Counted from the stretch's first letter, positions 56,055 through 63,418 are shown. The stretch is DNA of 64,000 bases from Acidobacteria bacterium UBA2161 (GCA_002328835.1 DCWN01000043.1:17740-81739), one strand, 5' to 3'. The notes: generated by a model not told the origin, from the sequence alone. Numbers and translations: made by a program.

Positions 56055-56357
56055 TCAGCGGCCCGCGAGCTGCTGCGCATGATGCTGCACGAGCTCCCAC
56101 GCCCGGCCGACGTGGTGCTCGGTCGTCCGGAGATGGCCGATCGCGAGGCGGATCACGTAGCGACCGGCCAGTTTGCCGTGGGAAAGGAACACTTCGCCCG
56201 AGGCGTTCAAGGCATCCAGCAGATCGGTGTTGAACCGTTCGAGCGTCGCCTCGTCCCAGTCGGTGCCGGCCGGCCTGGCGCGGAAGCAGACGACGGAGAA
56301 CGGTACCGGCGCCAGCCGTTCAAAATCCGCGTGGGCGTCGACCCAGCCGGCGAAGCA
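56055..56357 (-). pseudogene. In-frame continuation of the decarboxylase beyond the TAG (C-terminal small domain, 100 codons)
   Basis: Same frame as 56358..57545. CFAGWVDAHADFERLAPVPFSVVCFRARPAG...LAGRYVIRLAIGHLRTTEHHVGRAWELV... to TGA comp. 56055-56057. No own start codon or RBS. Confidence 0.75.
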
Positions 56358-57545
56358 CTAGGCCAGACGCATGTGTTCGCTCAACCGCCGCCGGATCCCC
56401 TCGGCGCCGAAGTGGCGCAGCACCATCCAGAGCTTCAGCGCCCGGAATCGCCGCCCGAGCTGGAAGCCTGTGTCCATGAGGTTCTGCACGTCACCGGCTT
56501 CGGGGGTGCGCAGGTACTCGGGCGTCAGGGAGAACGCCGCGCGCACCACGTCCATCCGAGGCGAGAACAGGGCGCTCAGGTCGAACGGTGTGAAGAGCCA
56601 CTTGTGTGGGTTGATCACGACCGAGTCGGCGCCCTCGCAGCCGTCCAGAACGTGCGCGCAGCTGGGCACCATGGCCGCGACGCCGGCGTAGGCGGCGTCG
56701 ACGTGCAGCCAGATGCGCTCGGCCGCGCAGATCCGGGCGATCGCCGGCACGGGGTCGACGCTGGTCGTCGCGGTCGTGCCGGCCGTGGCCACGACCGCTA
56801 TCGGCAAGTGGCCGGCCTCCCGGTCCTCGGCGATCGCGCCCGCCAGATGCTCCGCTCGCATCCGGAAGTCCGCGTCGACCGCGATCTTTCTCAGCGCGCC
56901 GTGCCCGAGGTCCAGCAACATGACCGCCTTGTCGACCGACGAATGGGCCTGCTCGGAGCAGTAGACGCGGAGGCCGGAGAGATCGGCGCGCCCGGCGAGG
57001 CCGCGCTCACGGACGTCCGGCACCGCCGCTTCGCGCGCTGCCGCGAGCGCGTGGATGGTGGCCACCGACGCCGTGTCGTAGATGACTCCCTCGAACCCCT
57101 CCGGCAGCCTCACGAGTTGTCGGAGCCAGTCGAGGGTCAATCCTTCCAGTTCGGTGGCGGCCGGTGACGTCCGCCAGAGCATGGCCTGAACGTTCAATGC
57201 GGCGGCGAGCAGCTCGCCGATGACGCCCGGCGCGCTGCCACTGATGGCGAAATAGGCGAAGAAGCCGGGGTGGTTCCAATGGGTCAGGCCGGGCGTGATG
57301 ATCTGCTCGAAGTCGTCGAGGATCGCGTCGAAGTCCTCGCCGTGTTCGGGCGGTTCGGCGGGCAGGGCGGCGCGCACATCACCCGGCTGCACCTGGGTCA
57401 TGACCGGGTAGCGCTCGGAGTGGCCGAGGTAGTCGGCCACCCAATCGAGCGCGCGCCGTGCGTGCCGGTTGAAGGCCTCGGCGTCCATGTCGCCGAGGGA
57501 ACCCTCGGCGTCAGGCGAGCGTGGGCGCGTCGACTCGTCGGACAT
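56358..57545 (-). CDS. Group II PLP-dependent (aromatic-L-amino-acid-type) decarboxylase, reading frame as far as an in-frame TAG
   Basis: HWNHPGFFAYF, TAGTTATTSVDP, PLP-Lys motif VINPHKWLFTPFD. Ends at TAG comp. 56358-56360 after 395 aa, lacking the C-terminal small domain. Confidence 0.85.
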   Translation of the reverse strand: MSDESTRPRSPDAEGSLGDMDAEAFNRHARRALDWVADYLGHSERYPVMTQVQPGDVRAALPAEPPEHGEDFDAILDDFEQIITPGLTHWNHPGFFAYFAISGSAPGVIGELLAAALNVQAMLWRTSPAATELEGLTLDWLRQLVRLPEGFEGVIYDTASVATIHALAAAREAAVPDVRERGLAGRADLSGLRVYCSEQAHSSVDKAVMLLDLGHGALRKIAVDADFRMRAEHLAGAIAEDREAGHLPIAVVATAGTTATTSVDPVPAIARICAAERIWLHVDAAYAGVAAMVPSCAHVLDGCEGADSVVINPHKWLFTPFDLSALFSPRMDVVRAAFSLTPEYLRTPEAGDVQNLMDTGFQLGRRFRALKLWMVLRHFGAEGIRRRLSEHMRLA

Positions 57546-57547
57546 GC

Positions 57548-57577
57548 CTAGCAGCCCGCGGTGAGTGTGCCGCGGCT
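57548..57577. mobile_element. Solo arm of the CTAGCGG..GTGCCG TIR family, embedded in the 3' end of a gene
   Basis: CTAGCAGCCCGCGGTGAGTGTGCCGCGGC matches the TIR consensus. Its reverse complement is about 28/33 identical to the right arm of the mini copy at 35735-35765. No partner arm nearby. Confidence 0.55.
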
Positions 57578-58111
57578 ATACTGGCGGACGTACTCGAGGG
57601 CGAACTCCTTCAGGCCGGGCGAGCGCAAGCCGATCGTCTCAGCTTCGGCAGTGGCGCGGTCCACGTCCCAGCCGTCCAGCTTGACCCGCTTGATCAACCA
57701 CATCGCGCCGACGCGGTTCGCGGAGCCGCAATGCACGAATGTCGGCTGGTTGGTCGGGTCCGCGATGACCGCCAGGAACTCCTCGGCCACCGCGGCCGAC
57801 GGGTCCGACCCCCGGAACGGGAGGTGGAAGTACTTCAGGCCTATCGCCTCGGCCTTCTCGGCCGCGCCGACCGGGTCGGCGCCGTTCTCGCCCTCGGTGC
57901 GGAAGTTGACGACGGCGGCAAACCCACGCCGTTGCACCTCGTCGAGGGCGTCGAGCGTCGTGGCCCCGGCGCACGCCACCGTGGCGCCCACCTGGGTGTA
58001 GTTCCGAATACCGGGCACATCCTCTTTGGCCAGTTCTTGCGCGCTGACAGCCGTTGCGGCTACAAGGACAAGCGCCGGGATCAACGAACAGGTGACGTAC
58101 TGGGATCGCAT
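57548..58111 (-). CDS. Secreted DUF442-type (PTP-loop Cys) phosphatase/sulfur-transferase-like protein
   Basis: Signal peptide. Active-site-like FVHCGSANRVG. 187 aa. The last ~10 codons (SRGTLTAGC*) and the TAG are encoded by the repeat arm. Its stop is 2 nt before the decarboxylase ATG. Confidence 0.75.
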   Translation of the reverse strand: MRSQYVTCSLIPALVLVAATAVSAQELAKEDVPGIRNYTQVGATVACAGATTLDALDEVQRRGFAAVVNFRTEGENGADPVGAAEKAEAIGLKYFHLPFRGSDPSAAVAEEFLAVIADPTNQPTFVHCGSANRVGAMWLIKRVKLDGWDVDRATAEAETIGLRSPGLKEFALEYVRQYSRGTLTAGC

Positions 58112-58147
58112 GACCGAGAATTATAGCGCGTTCACAAGGAGGGTGGA

Positions 58148-58621
58148 GTGGCTGAACTGGTGCATACCAGCCGGATGCGGCTGGAGAAGATCAAGGGTCC
58201 GATCCGTCACGCGTACATCGAGAATTTCGATGAACCGATCCGCTTCGGGGTGCACGGCGGGATCAAGCACTTCTACGGCATCGAACCGGAGGAGGAACTG
58301 CCGGCCACCCTGGACCACATGGTCGCGGCCGTCGGCGGTTGACTGCTCGGCACCCTGGCCGGCGCACTGGAAGTGCGTCAGATTCCGTCGGGCGATGGTC
58401 GAGTCACGGCAACCGTCGAAGGTGACATCGAGGCGGTGGACAAGATCCTTCGCATCACGCGGATCCGGGTTCGGTATGCCTTGCGGATTCCCGCCGGCAC
58501 CCGCGCCGCCGCCGACCGCGCGCTGGCGACCCACGAGAGCAAGTGTCCGGCTGCGATGAGCGTGCGGGGCTGCATCGACCTGGTGATCACGGCCGACGTG
58601 ACGGAGGAAAAAGAAGTGTAG
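58148..58621 (+). CDS. OsmC/Ohr-family peroxiredoxin-like protein with in-frame TGA at the first conserved Cys position (candidate selenoprotein, or a nonsense pseudogene)
   Basis: GTG 58148 after AAGGAGGG. Track ORFs 58148..58342 and 58373..58621 share one frame, separated by TGA 58340-58342. The joined 157 aa read ..LDHMVAAVGG[TGA]LLGTLAGAL.. and ..THESKCPAAMSV.., matching the two OsmC Cys blocks. Confidence 0.7.
58361..58379 (+). promoter_or_regulatory. Candidate bacterial SECIS-like stem-loop downstream of the in-frame UGA
   Basis: GGCGCAC-UGGAA-GUGCGUC: 7 bp (one G-U), 5-nt loop with G at positions 2-3. The stem starts 18 nt after the UGA (58343-58360 intervene). Confidence 0.4.
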
Positions 58622-58645
58622 CGCGGGACTGCAGTCCCTCGCCTC
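58617..58645. repeat. REP-like hairpin filling the 24-nt gap between convergent stop codons (bidirectional terminator-like)
   Basis: GTGTAGCGCGGGAC-TGCA-GTCCCTCGCC. The TAG of the OsmC-like gene (58619-58621) is part of the TGTAGCGCGGG motif shared with 19330-19354 (rc) and 22445. Confidence 0.65.
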
Positions 58646-59761
58646 TTACCGATCCACCAACACCGCGACCGGTTCGATCAGACGGACCGTCAGCGTCATG
58701 CCCGGAAGCAGGGTCGTGCGGCTCCGGTCGCCGGTCATGACCGACGCCGTGCCGGTGGCCGCGCCGGCCGCTCCACCGACGGCCGCACCGCGCCGGCCCC
58801 CGAAGATTGCGCCGAGGATTGCACCGGTCACCGCCGCGCCCCCGATCGTCTTGGCGCTGCGTCCACCCTGTCCCTCGCCCTCGCGATAAACCGGATCGGT
58901 GACGATCGACATGTGCGTGCGGTCGGGCATCACGAGGGTGTGGAACCTGACACCGATCCGTGCGGTCTCGCTCATCCGACCGCCCTGCTCCACGAGCACG
59001 ACGGAGCCTTGCAGCTGCGCGCCGGCGGGGATCGCGACGCGTTCGCCGACGAGCACGTCGCGCGCAACCGTCGCGTCGACGCGGTCCTCCACCTGTGCAC
59101 TCTCGCTACTGACGCGCGTCTCCAGCTCCAGACCGATGACCGAGTCGGCCGCGACGACCAACTCCTCGAGCTCCTCCAGGTCAAGGCGTGGCAAGTCGTC
59201 GCCGGTGGCGCGGGCCGTGGCGCCCGCGCCGCGGCCGACGGTTTCCAGCTCCATGTCTTCTGGCCAGGGTTGATCGAGGCCGATCCACTCGTCGGTCGCG
59301 CTTCGCGGCGCCTCCACGTCAGCCAGGGTTGGCGGTTCGACGGCGATCGCCTCGGGCGGCGTAGGTGAAGTCTCGGCACCGATCGCTTCCGGGGCTTCGC
59401 CTGGGTCCGGTTCTTCGATGTCGGGAGCCGTCACCGGCACGGTCTCCTCGAGGTTCCGCGTTTCCGGGCGCGGGCTGTCCTCGAGGACGGCGTCGACCGT
59501 CACGGTCGACTCGGCCGGCGGCTCGGTCGCTTCGTTGACGACGGTCTCGGTCGCCTCGACGGCCTGGGTCGGAGGCTCGATCGGCGCGGTCGGCAGCACA
59601 GGGGCGGCCGCTCGCGCGGTCTGGCCTGCTACCGCGGCCGCGCCGGCGTCGGCATCGTTCTGCCTGACAGCGAGGTAGGCACCCGTCCCGACCGCCACGA
59701 AGCTGGCCAGGAACAGCGCGCCGAGGGTCAGAGGTCTGGACAACATCAGCAACTCCTTCAT
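58646..59761 (-). CDS. Membrane-anchored protein: N-terminal TM, Pro/Glu/Ala-rich linker, C-terminal beta-domain plus glycine zipper
   Basis: 371 aa. TM LTLGALFLASFVAVGTGAYLAV. Acidic Pro-rich ~130 aa. The C-terminal ..VAIPAGAQLQGSVVLVEQGGRMSETARIGVRFHTLVMPD.. is followed by GGAAVTGAILGAIFGGRRGAAVGGAAGAATG. Confidence 0.65.
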   Translation of the reverse strand: MKELLMLSRPLTLGALFLASFVAVGTGAYLAVRQNDADAGAAAVAGQTARAAAPVLPTAPIEPPTQAVEATETVVNEATEPPAESTVTVDAVLEDSPRPETRNLEETVPVTAPDIEEPDPGEAPEAIGAETSPTPPEAIAVEPPTLADVEAPRSATDEWIGLDQPWPEDMELETVGRGAGATARATGDDLPRLDLEELEELVVAADSVIGLELETRVSSESAQVEDRVDATVARDVLVGERVAIPAGAQLQGSVVLVEQGGRMSETARIGVRFHTLVMPDRTHMSIVTDPVYREGEGQGGRSAKTIGGAAVTGAILGAIFGGRRGAAVGGAAGAATGTASVMTGDRSRTTLLPGMTLTVRLIEPVAVLVDR

Positions 59762-59996
59762 CCATGGTTACAGCAATTGCCGTGCCCATCTCGGAGTTCA
59801 AGCGATCTTCAGAACACCCTGTGTTTCAGTAGTTTACTAGAACGCCTCGGCGCCGAGTGGCGTCGCGCACCAATGACACCTGTCCTGGGAAGGGGACCGT
59901 CGGTGCCGCACGCGGCCCGATCCGGCGCGCGCCCGGCATCCGGCTGGGAAGGCTTGACAACCAGCAGCATCTCGCTCAGGGTTAGGAGCGAAGAGG

Positions 59997-60428
59997 TTGC
60001 CGTTGGCGTCTTCCAGTTCAAAGAGTTCGATCGTTCCGACCAGCCGCGTCACCCGCATTTACGAGCACCGCGATATCGACGAGATGATCGGGCAGGGTGA
60101 TGCTGCGCCCGGCATCGATGCGCGGAAGCTGCAGCCGGGCGACACGCTCGTCATGCGAACGCGCAACACAGCCTACACGCTCCAGTTGGAGAACCCCGCG
60201 CGCTGCATGGGTCGGGGAACGAGCGACGGGAAGCACGTCACCGATGAATCCGCGATGTACGTGCTGGGTTCGACGCTGTCCGGGCGAGGCACGATGGTCA
60301 AGCTCGGCTGGGTCCTGCTCGGATTCCGGATGGTGCTGCTCGTTCCCGGGCGCGAACTCTTGACGACACCGGTGCAGTCGCTGTCGGTGAACGGCCAGCC
60401 GCTGGTCGCGGCGCAGGGCACGCACTGA
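59997..60428 (+). CDS. Hypothetical protein (orphan)
   Basis: TTG 59997 with AGGAG 9 nt upstream (alternative start ATG 60084). GC3 is high from ~60040 onward. No recognisable domain. Confidence 0.45.
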   Translation: MPLASSSSKSSIVPTSRVTRIYEHRDIDEMIGQGDAAPGIDARKLQPGDTLVMRTRNTAYTLQLENPARCMGRGTSDGKHVTDESAMYVLGSTLSGRGTMVKLGWVLLGFRMVLLVPGRELLTTPVQSLSVNGQPLVAAQGTH

Positions 60429-60591
60429 CGGCTGATGCCGGCTCGTCGAATGAACGACGCTGCAGCCACTCGTCCGAGTCGCTCAGGCCTTTCGACCCAC
60501 CGGATGAAAACCCGACCAGACGTGCGGTGATGCGGAAAGGTCGACGGTGCGGATCGTGCCGACGCAGCCTCGACAAGAGGAGGGCCTCTGT

Positions 60592-61269
60592 ATGACGAAT
60601 GCGCTTGGAAAACTGTTTGGGTGGTCGCCGTTCCGCCTCCTCCAGCAGCACATGGGACAGGTGACGACCTGCATCGCCAAGATGTGCGAGGCGCTGGAAG
60701 CGTTCGAACGAGAGTCCTGGGCGGACGTCGAATCGGCGGCCGAGGAGATCTCGCGGTTGGAACATGAGGCCGACAAGATCAAGGACGAGATTCGCGGCAA
60801 CCTGACCACTCGATTGTTCCTGCCGATCGATCGGGGTCGCGTGTTGGAAATCCTCGCGCTTCAGGACAGCTTGGCCGACCGCGCCGAAGACGTCGCCGTC
60901 CTGCTGACCTTCAAGCGGTTCAAGATCCTGCCAGGTGTCGCCGATCAGTTCCGCGAGTTTCGGGACCTGAACATCAGGGCGGTCAACCTGGTGGCGGAGA
61001 TCATCAACCAGCTCGACGAACTGGTCGAAACCGGCTTCGGCGGCACGGCGGCCGACAAGATTCGCAAGATGGTGCACGACGTGGCCTACGCGGAGCATGA
61101 AGTCGATCTCGTCCAGCGAAAACTCCTGAAGGATCTCTTCGCCAGGGAAGCGGAACTGTCCGCAGGCGATCTGTATCTCTGGCTGCAGCTGATTCACGAG
61201 CTTGCGAGCCTCTCCAACGGCTCCGAGAACCTCGCGAACCGCACGATGATCGTCCTCGAGGCCAAGTAA
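60592..61269 (+). CDS. DUF47/PhoU-like phosphate-transport accessory protein
   Basis: ATG 60592 after AGAGGAGGG. Helical protein (..EISRLEHEADKIKDEIR.. ..VAYAEHEVDLVQRKL..) immediately upstream of a PiT transporter, which is the canonical pairing. Confidence 0.8.
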   Translation: MTNALGKLFGWSPFRLLQQHMGQVTTCIAKMCEALEAFERESWADVESAAEEISRLEHEADKIKDEIRGNLTTRLFLPIDRGRVLEILALQDSLADRAEDVAVLLTFKRFKILPGVADQFREFRDLNIRAVNLVAEIINQLDELVETGFGGTAADKIRKMVHDVAYAEHEVDLVQRKLLKDLFAREAELSAGDLYLWLQLIHELASLSNGSENLANRTMIVLEAK

Positions 61270-61317
61270 GGTCTCTCGCGCGTTCCCAGATCGAAGGCAC
61301 GGCCCTCCAAGACGTTG

Positions 61318-62808
61318 ATGACCGGCATCGAAGGCGCCTTGATCGCCCTCGTCCTGATCGTCGGGTTCTACACCGCGTGGAACATCGGGGCGAACGACGT
61401 GGCGAACGCGATGGGGACCTCCGTCGGGTCCGGCGCCCTGACGCTGAGGCAAGCCGTGATCGTGGCCGGCATCTTCGAATTCCTGGGCGCGTTCCTCGTC
61501 GGCGCGAACGTGTCCGAGACCGTGCGGAAGAAGATGTTCGACCCGGGGCTGCTGCCGGTTATCCACGGCGACCAGGCGGCGGTCATCCTGGCGCTGGGAA
61601 TGATCGCGGCGCTCCTGGCGACCGGCACCTGGCTGATGTTTGCGTCCTACTTCCACTGGCCGGTGTCGACGACCCACTCGATCGTCGGTGCGGTGGTCGG
61701 GTTCGGCTGCGTCGGCGTGGGGTTCGGGAACGTGGACTGGGCGCAGGTCGGCCTGATCACGGTCGGCTGGGTCGTCTCGCCGCTCCTGTCAGGCACGATT
61801 GCCTACCTGCTCTTCCGGACGATCTTGCGCAGAGTGTTCTTCAAGAACAACCCGGTCGCGGCCGCCAAGCAGCTAGCGCCCTACCTCGTCTTCCTCGTGT
61901 TGATCGTTCTGATCGGCGTGGCGACGTTCAAGGGGCTGAACCCGCTGTGGGCACGCCTGAGTATCGAGCCGTTCGATCCGCGGATCACGTTGCTGATCGT
62001 CGCGGTGGCCGGCCTCGCCGGATTCGGGGGGATGGCCGCGACACGTCGCCTGGTGCGGGATGTGCCGGAGGATGGGGTCGGCACAGGCAACCCGGTCCGC
62101 TCTGCCGAGCTGTCACGCTCGCTGGACAAGGCGGCCGCGCACTTGCAGCGGGTCCAGGAAGTAGCCGACGGCCCGATGAACGATCAGGTCGCCATCTTGC
62201 TCAAGAACATCGGGGAACTACAGAGTAGCGCCGAGGCACGGTCCATCTATGGCACCGATTCGACGCAACTGCAGCACGTGGAAAAGATCTTCGTGTTTCT
62301 CCAGATCCTCACCGCAAGCTTCGTCGCCTTTGCGCACGGATCGAACGACGTGGCGAACGCCATCGGTCCGATGTCGGCGGCCTATCAGGCGGTCGTCACG
62401 GGTGAAGTTGCGCTCCAGGCCGCCGTGCCCGGCTGGGCGCTCGCGCTCGGCGGCGCGGGCATCGTGGTCGGCCTCGCGACGTGGGGATGGCGGGTCATCG
62501 AGACCGTCGGCCGGCGGATCACGGAGCTGACACCGAGCCGTGGATTCTGCGCCGAGTTCGCCGCAGCCATCACCATTCTGCTCGCCTCAATTCTGCCTCT
62601 GGGCCTGCCCGTCTCGACGACCCATACGCTCGTGGGCGCGGTCTTGGGCGTCGGCCTGGCCAGAGGCATCGGCTCGCTGAACATGCGCGTGATGCGCGAC
62701 ATCGTCGCGAGCTGGGCGATCACGATCCCGGTGGGCGCCGGCCTGTCGATCGCGTTCTATTTCGGGCTCAAGTTCATGCTGCTGGATTCGGGTTTGGGCG
62801 GAGGCTAA
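61318..62808 (+). CDS. Inorganic phosphate transporter, PiT family
   Basis: Duplicated signature GANDVANAMGTSVGS / GSNDVANAIGP. Polytopic. ~120-aa hydrophilic central loop. The start is ATG 61318 (or TTG 61315). Confidence 0.9.
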   Translation: MTGIEGALIALVLIVGFYTAWNIGANDVANAMGTSVGSGALTLRQAVIVAGIFEFLGAFLVGANVSETVRKKMFDPGLLPVIHGDQAAVILALGMIAALLATGTWLMFASYFHWPVSTTHSIVGAVVGFGCVGVGFGNVDWAQVGLITVGWVVSPLLSGTIAYLLFRTILRRVFFKNNPVAAAKQLAPYLVFLVLIVLIGVATFKGLNPLWARLSIEPFDPRITLLIVAVAGLAGFGGMAATRRLVRDVPEDGVGTGNPVRSAELSRSLDKAAAHLQRVQEVADGPMNDQVAILLKNIGELQSSAEARSIYGTDSTQLQHVEKIFVFLQILTASFVAFAHGSNDVANAIGPMSAAYQAVVTGEVALQAAVPGWALALGGAGIVVGLATWGWRVIETVGRRITELTPSRGFCAEFAAAITILLASILPLGLPVSTTHTLVGAVLGVGLARGIGSLNMRVMRDIVASWAITIPVGAGLSIAFYFGLKFMLLDSGLGGG

Positions 62809-62877
62809 GGAACCGAGTTTCCTGATCCGGTGCCGGCGGGTTACCGTGCGGGTGGCCGATGCGAAGCGGAGGCGTGA

Positions 62878-63405
62878 TTGACGGTGCGGCTCAAGAAGAC
62901 CTATAGCTCGCGCGAGGTGGCGGCGCTGACCGGCCTGTCCGCGCGGCAGCTGCAGTGGTGGGACGCGAAGAAGGTGCTGGCGCCCACCGTGGCGTCGCAT
63001 CGCACCGCCGCGGGCGGATTCACCGAGCGCCGCTATTCGCCGGTCGAACTCTACGAACTGCTGGTGCTGGCCGACCTGCGCCGCCGCGGCTTCTCGGTCC
63101 ACCGGATCCGCGAACTGCTCCGGACGTTGAAACGTCAGTTCGGCGTCCGTCTCTACGACACGATTCGAGGCGGTGGAGATGTCACGCTGCTCACCGACGG
63201 CCGCGAGATCTACGCGCGGACGTCGAAAGGTGAATTCTTCAACCTGCTGCGTGAGCCTGGCCAGCCGTTGCTGGTGCTCGGTGAAGGCGAAGGCCTGAAG
63301 GAACTCAGCTCGCGCGCCCGCGCGAAGCGGCCGAAGAAGCGCGCCGCGAAGACCAAGACCAAGACGAAGAAGGCCGCGAAGAAGCCGGCGAAGTCCGCCA
63401 CCTGA
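62878..63405 (+). CDS. MerR-family HTH protein with Lys/Ala-rich histone-H1-like C-terminal tail
   Basis: TTG 62878 after GGAGG (alternative GTG 62884). YSSREVAALTGLSARQLQWWDAKKVL (MerR-type HTH). Tail RARAKRPKKRAAKTKTKTKKAAKKPAKSAT. Confidence 0.75.
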   Translation: MTVRLKKTYSSREVAALTGLSARQLQWWDAKKVLAPTVASHRTAAGGFTERRYSPVELYELLVLADLRRRGFSVHRIRELLRTLKRQFGVRLYDTIRGGGDVTLLTDGREIYARTSKGEFFNLLREPGQPLLVLGEGEGLKELSSRARAKRPKKRAAKTKTKTKKAAKKPAKSAT

Positions 63406-63418
63406 GGCGCCGGCGTCG

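Noticed and set aside
56358-56360. The in-frame TAG of the decarboxylase as pyrrolysine or genetic-code reassignment.
   Set aside because: TAG is used as a normal terminator by several confident genes here (14201, 15668, 43404, 57548, 58619). No pyl genes were seen, and the aligned position is not a special residue. A nonsense mutation, a sequence error or leaky read-through are more parsimonious.
58340-58342. Treating 58148..58342 and 58373..58621 as two independent small genes, as the ORF track lists them.
   Set aside because: Neither half is a complete OsmC fold. The second has no SD, and its GTG lies inside the candidate hairpin. Both are in one frame, and together they reconstitute a normal-length family member.
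59954-59982. TTGACA as the -35 of a sigma-70 promoter for the orphan gene.
   Set aside because: No acceptable -10 hexamer lies at 16-19 nt spacing (CAGGGT at 17 nt). It is kept only as a remark inside a low-interest finding.
59837-60058. A minus-strand 73-aa ORF whose first 30 residues look protein-like (MRVTRLVGTIELFELEDANGNLF..).
   Set aside because: It has many A/T-ending codons, unlike the real genes here. The second half is Arg/Cys-rich, and it overlaps the better-supported plus-strand ORF and its SD.
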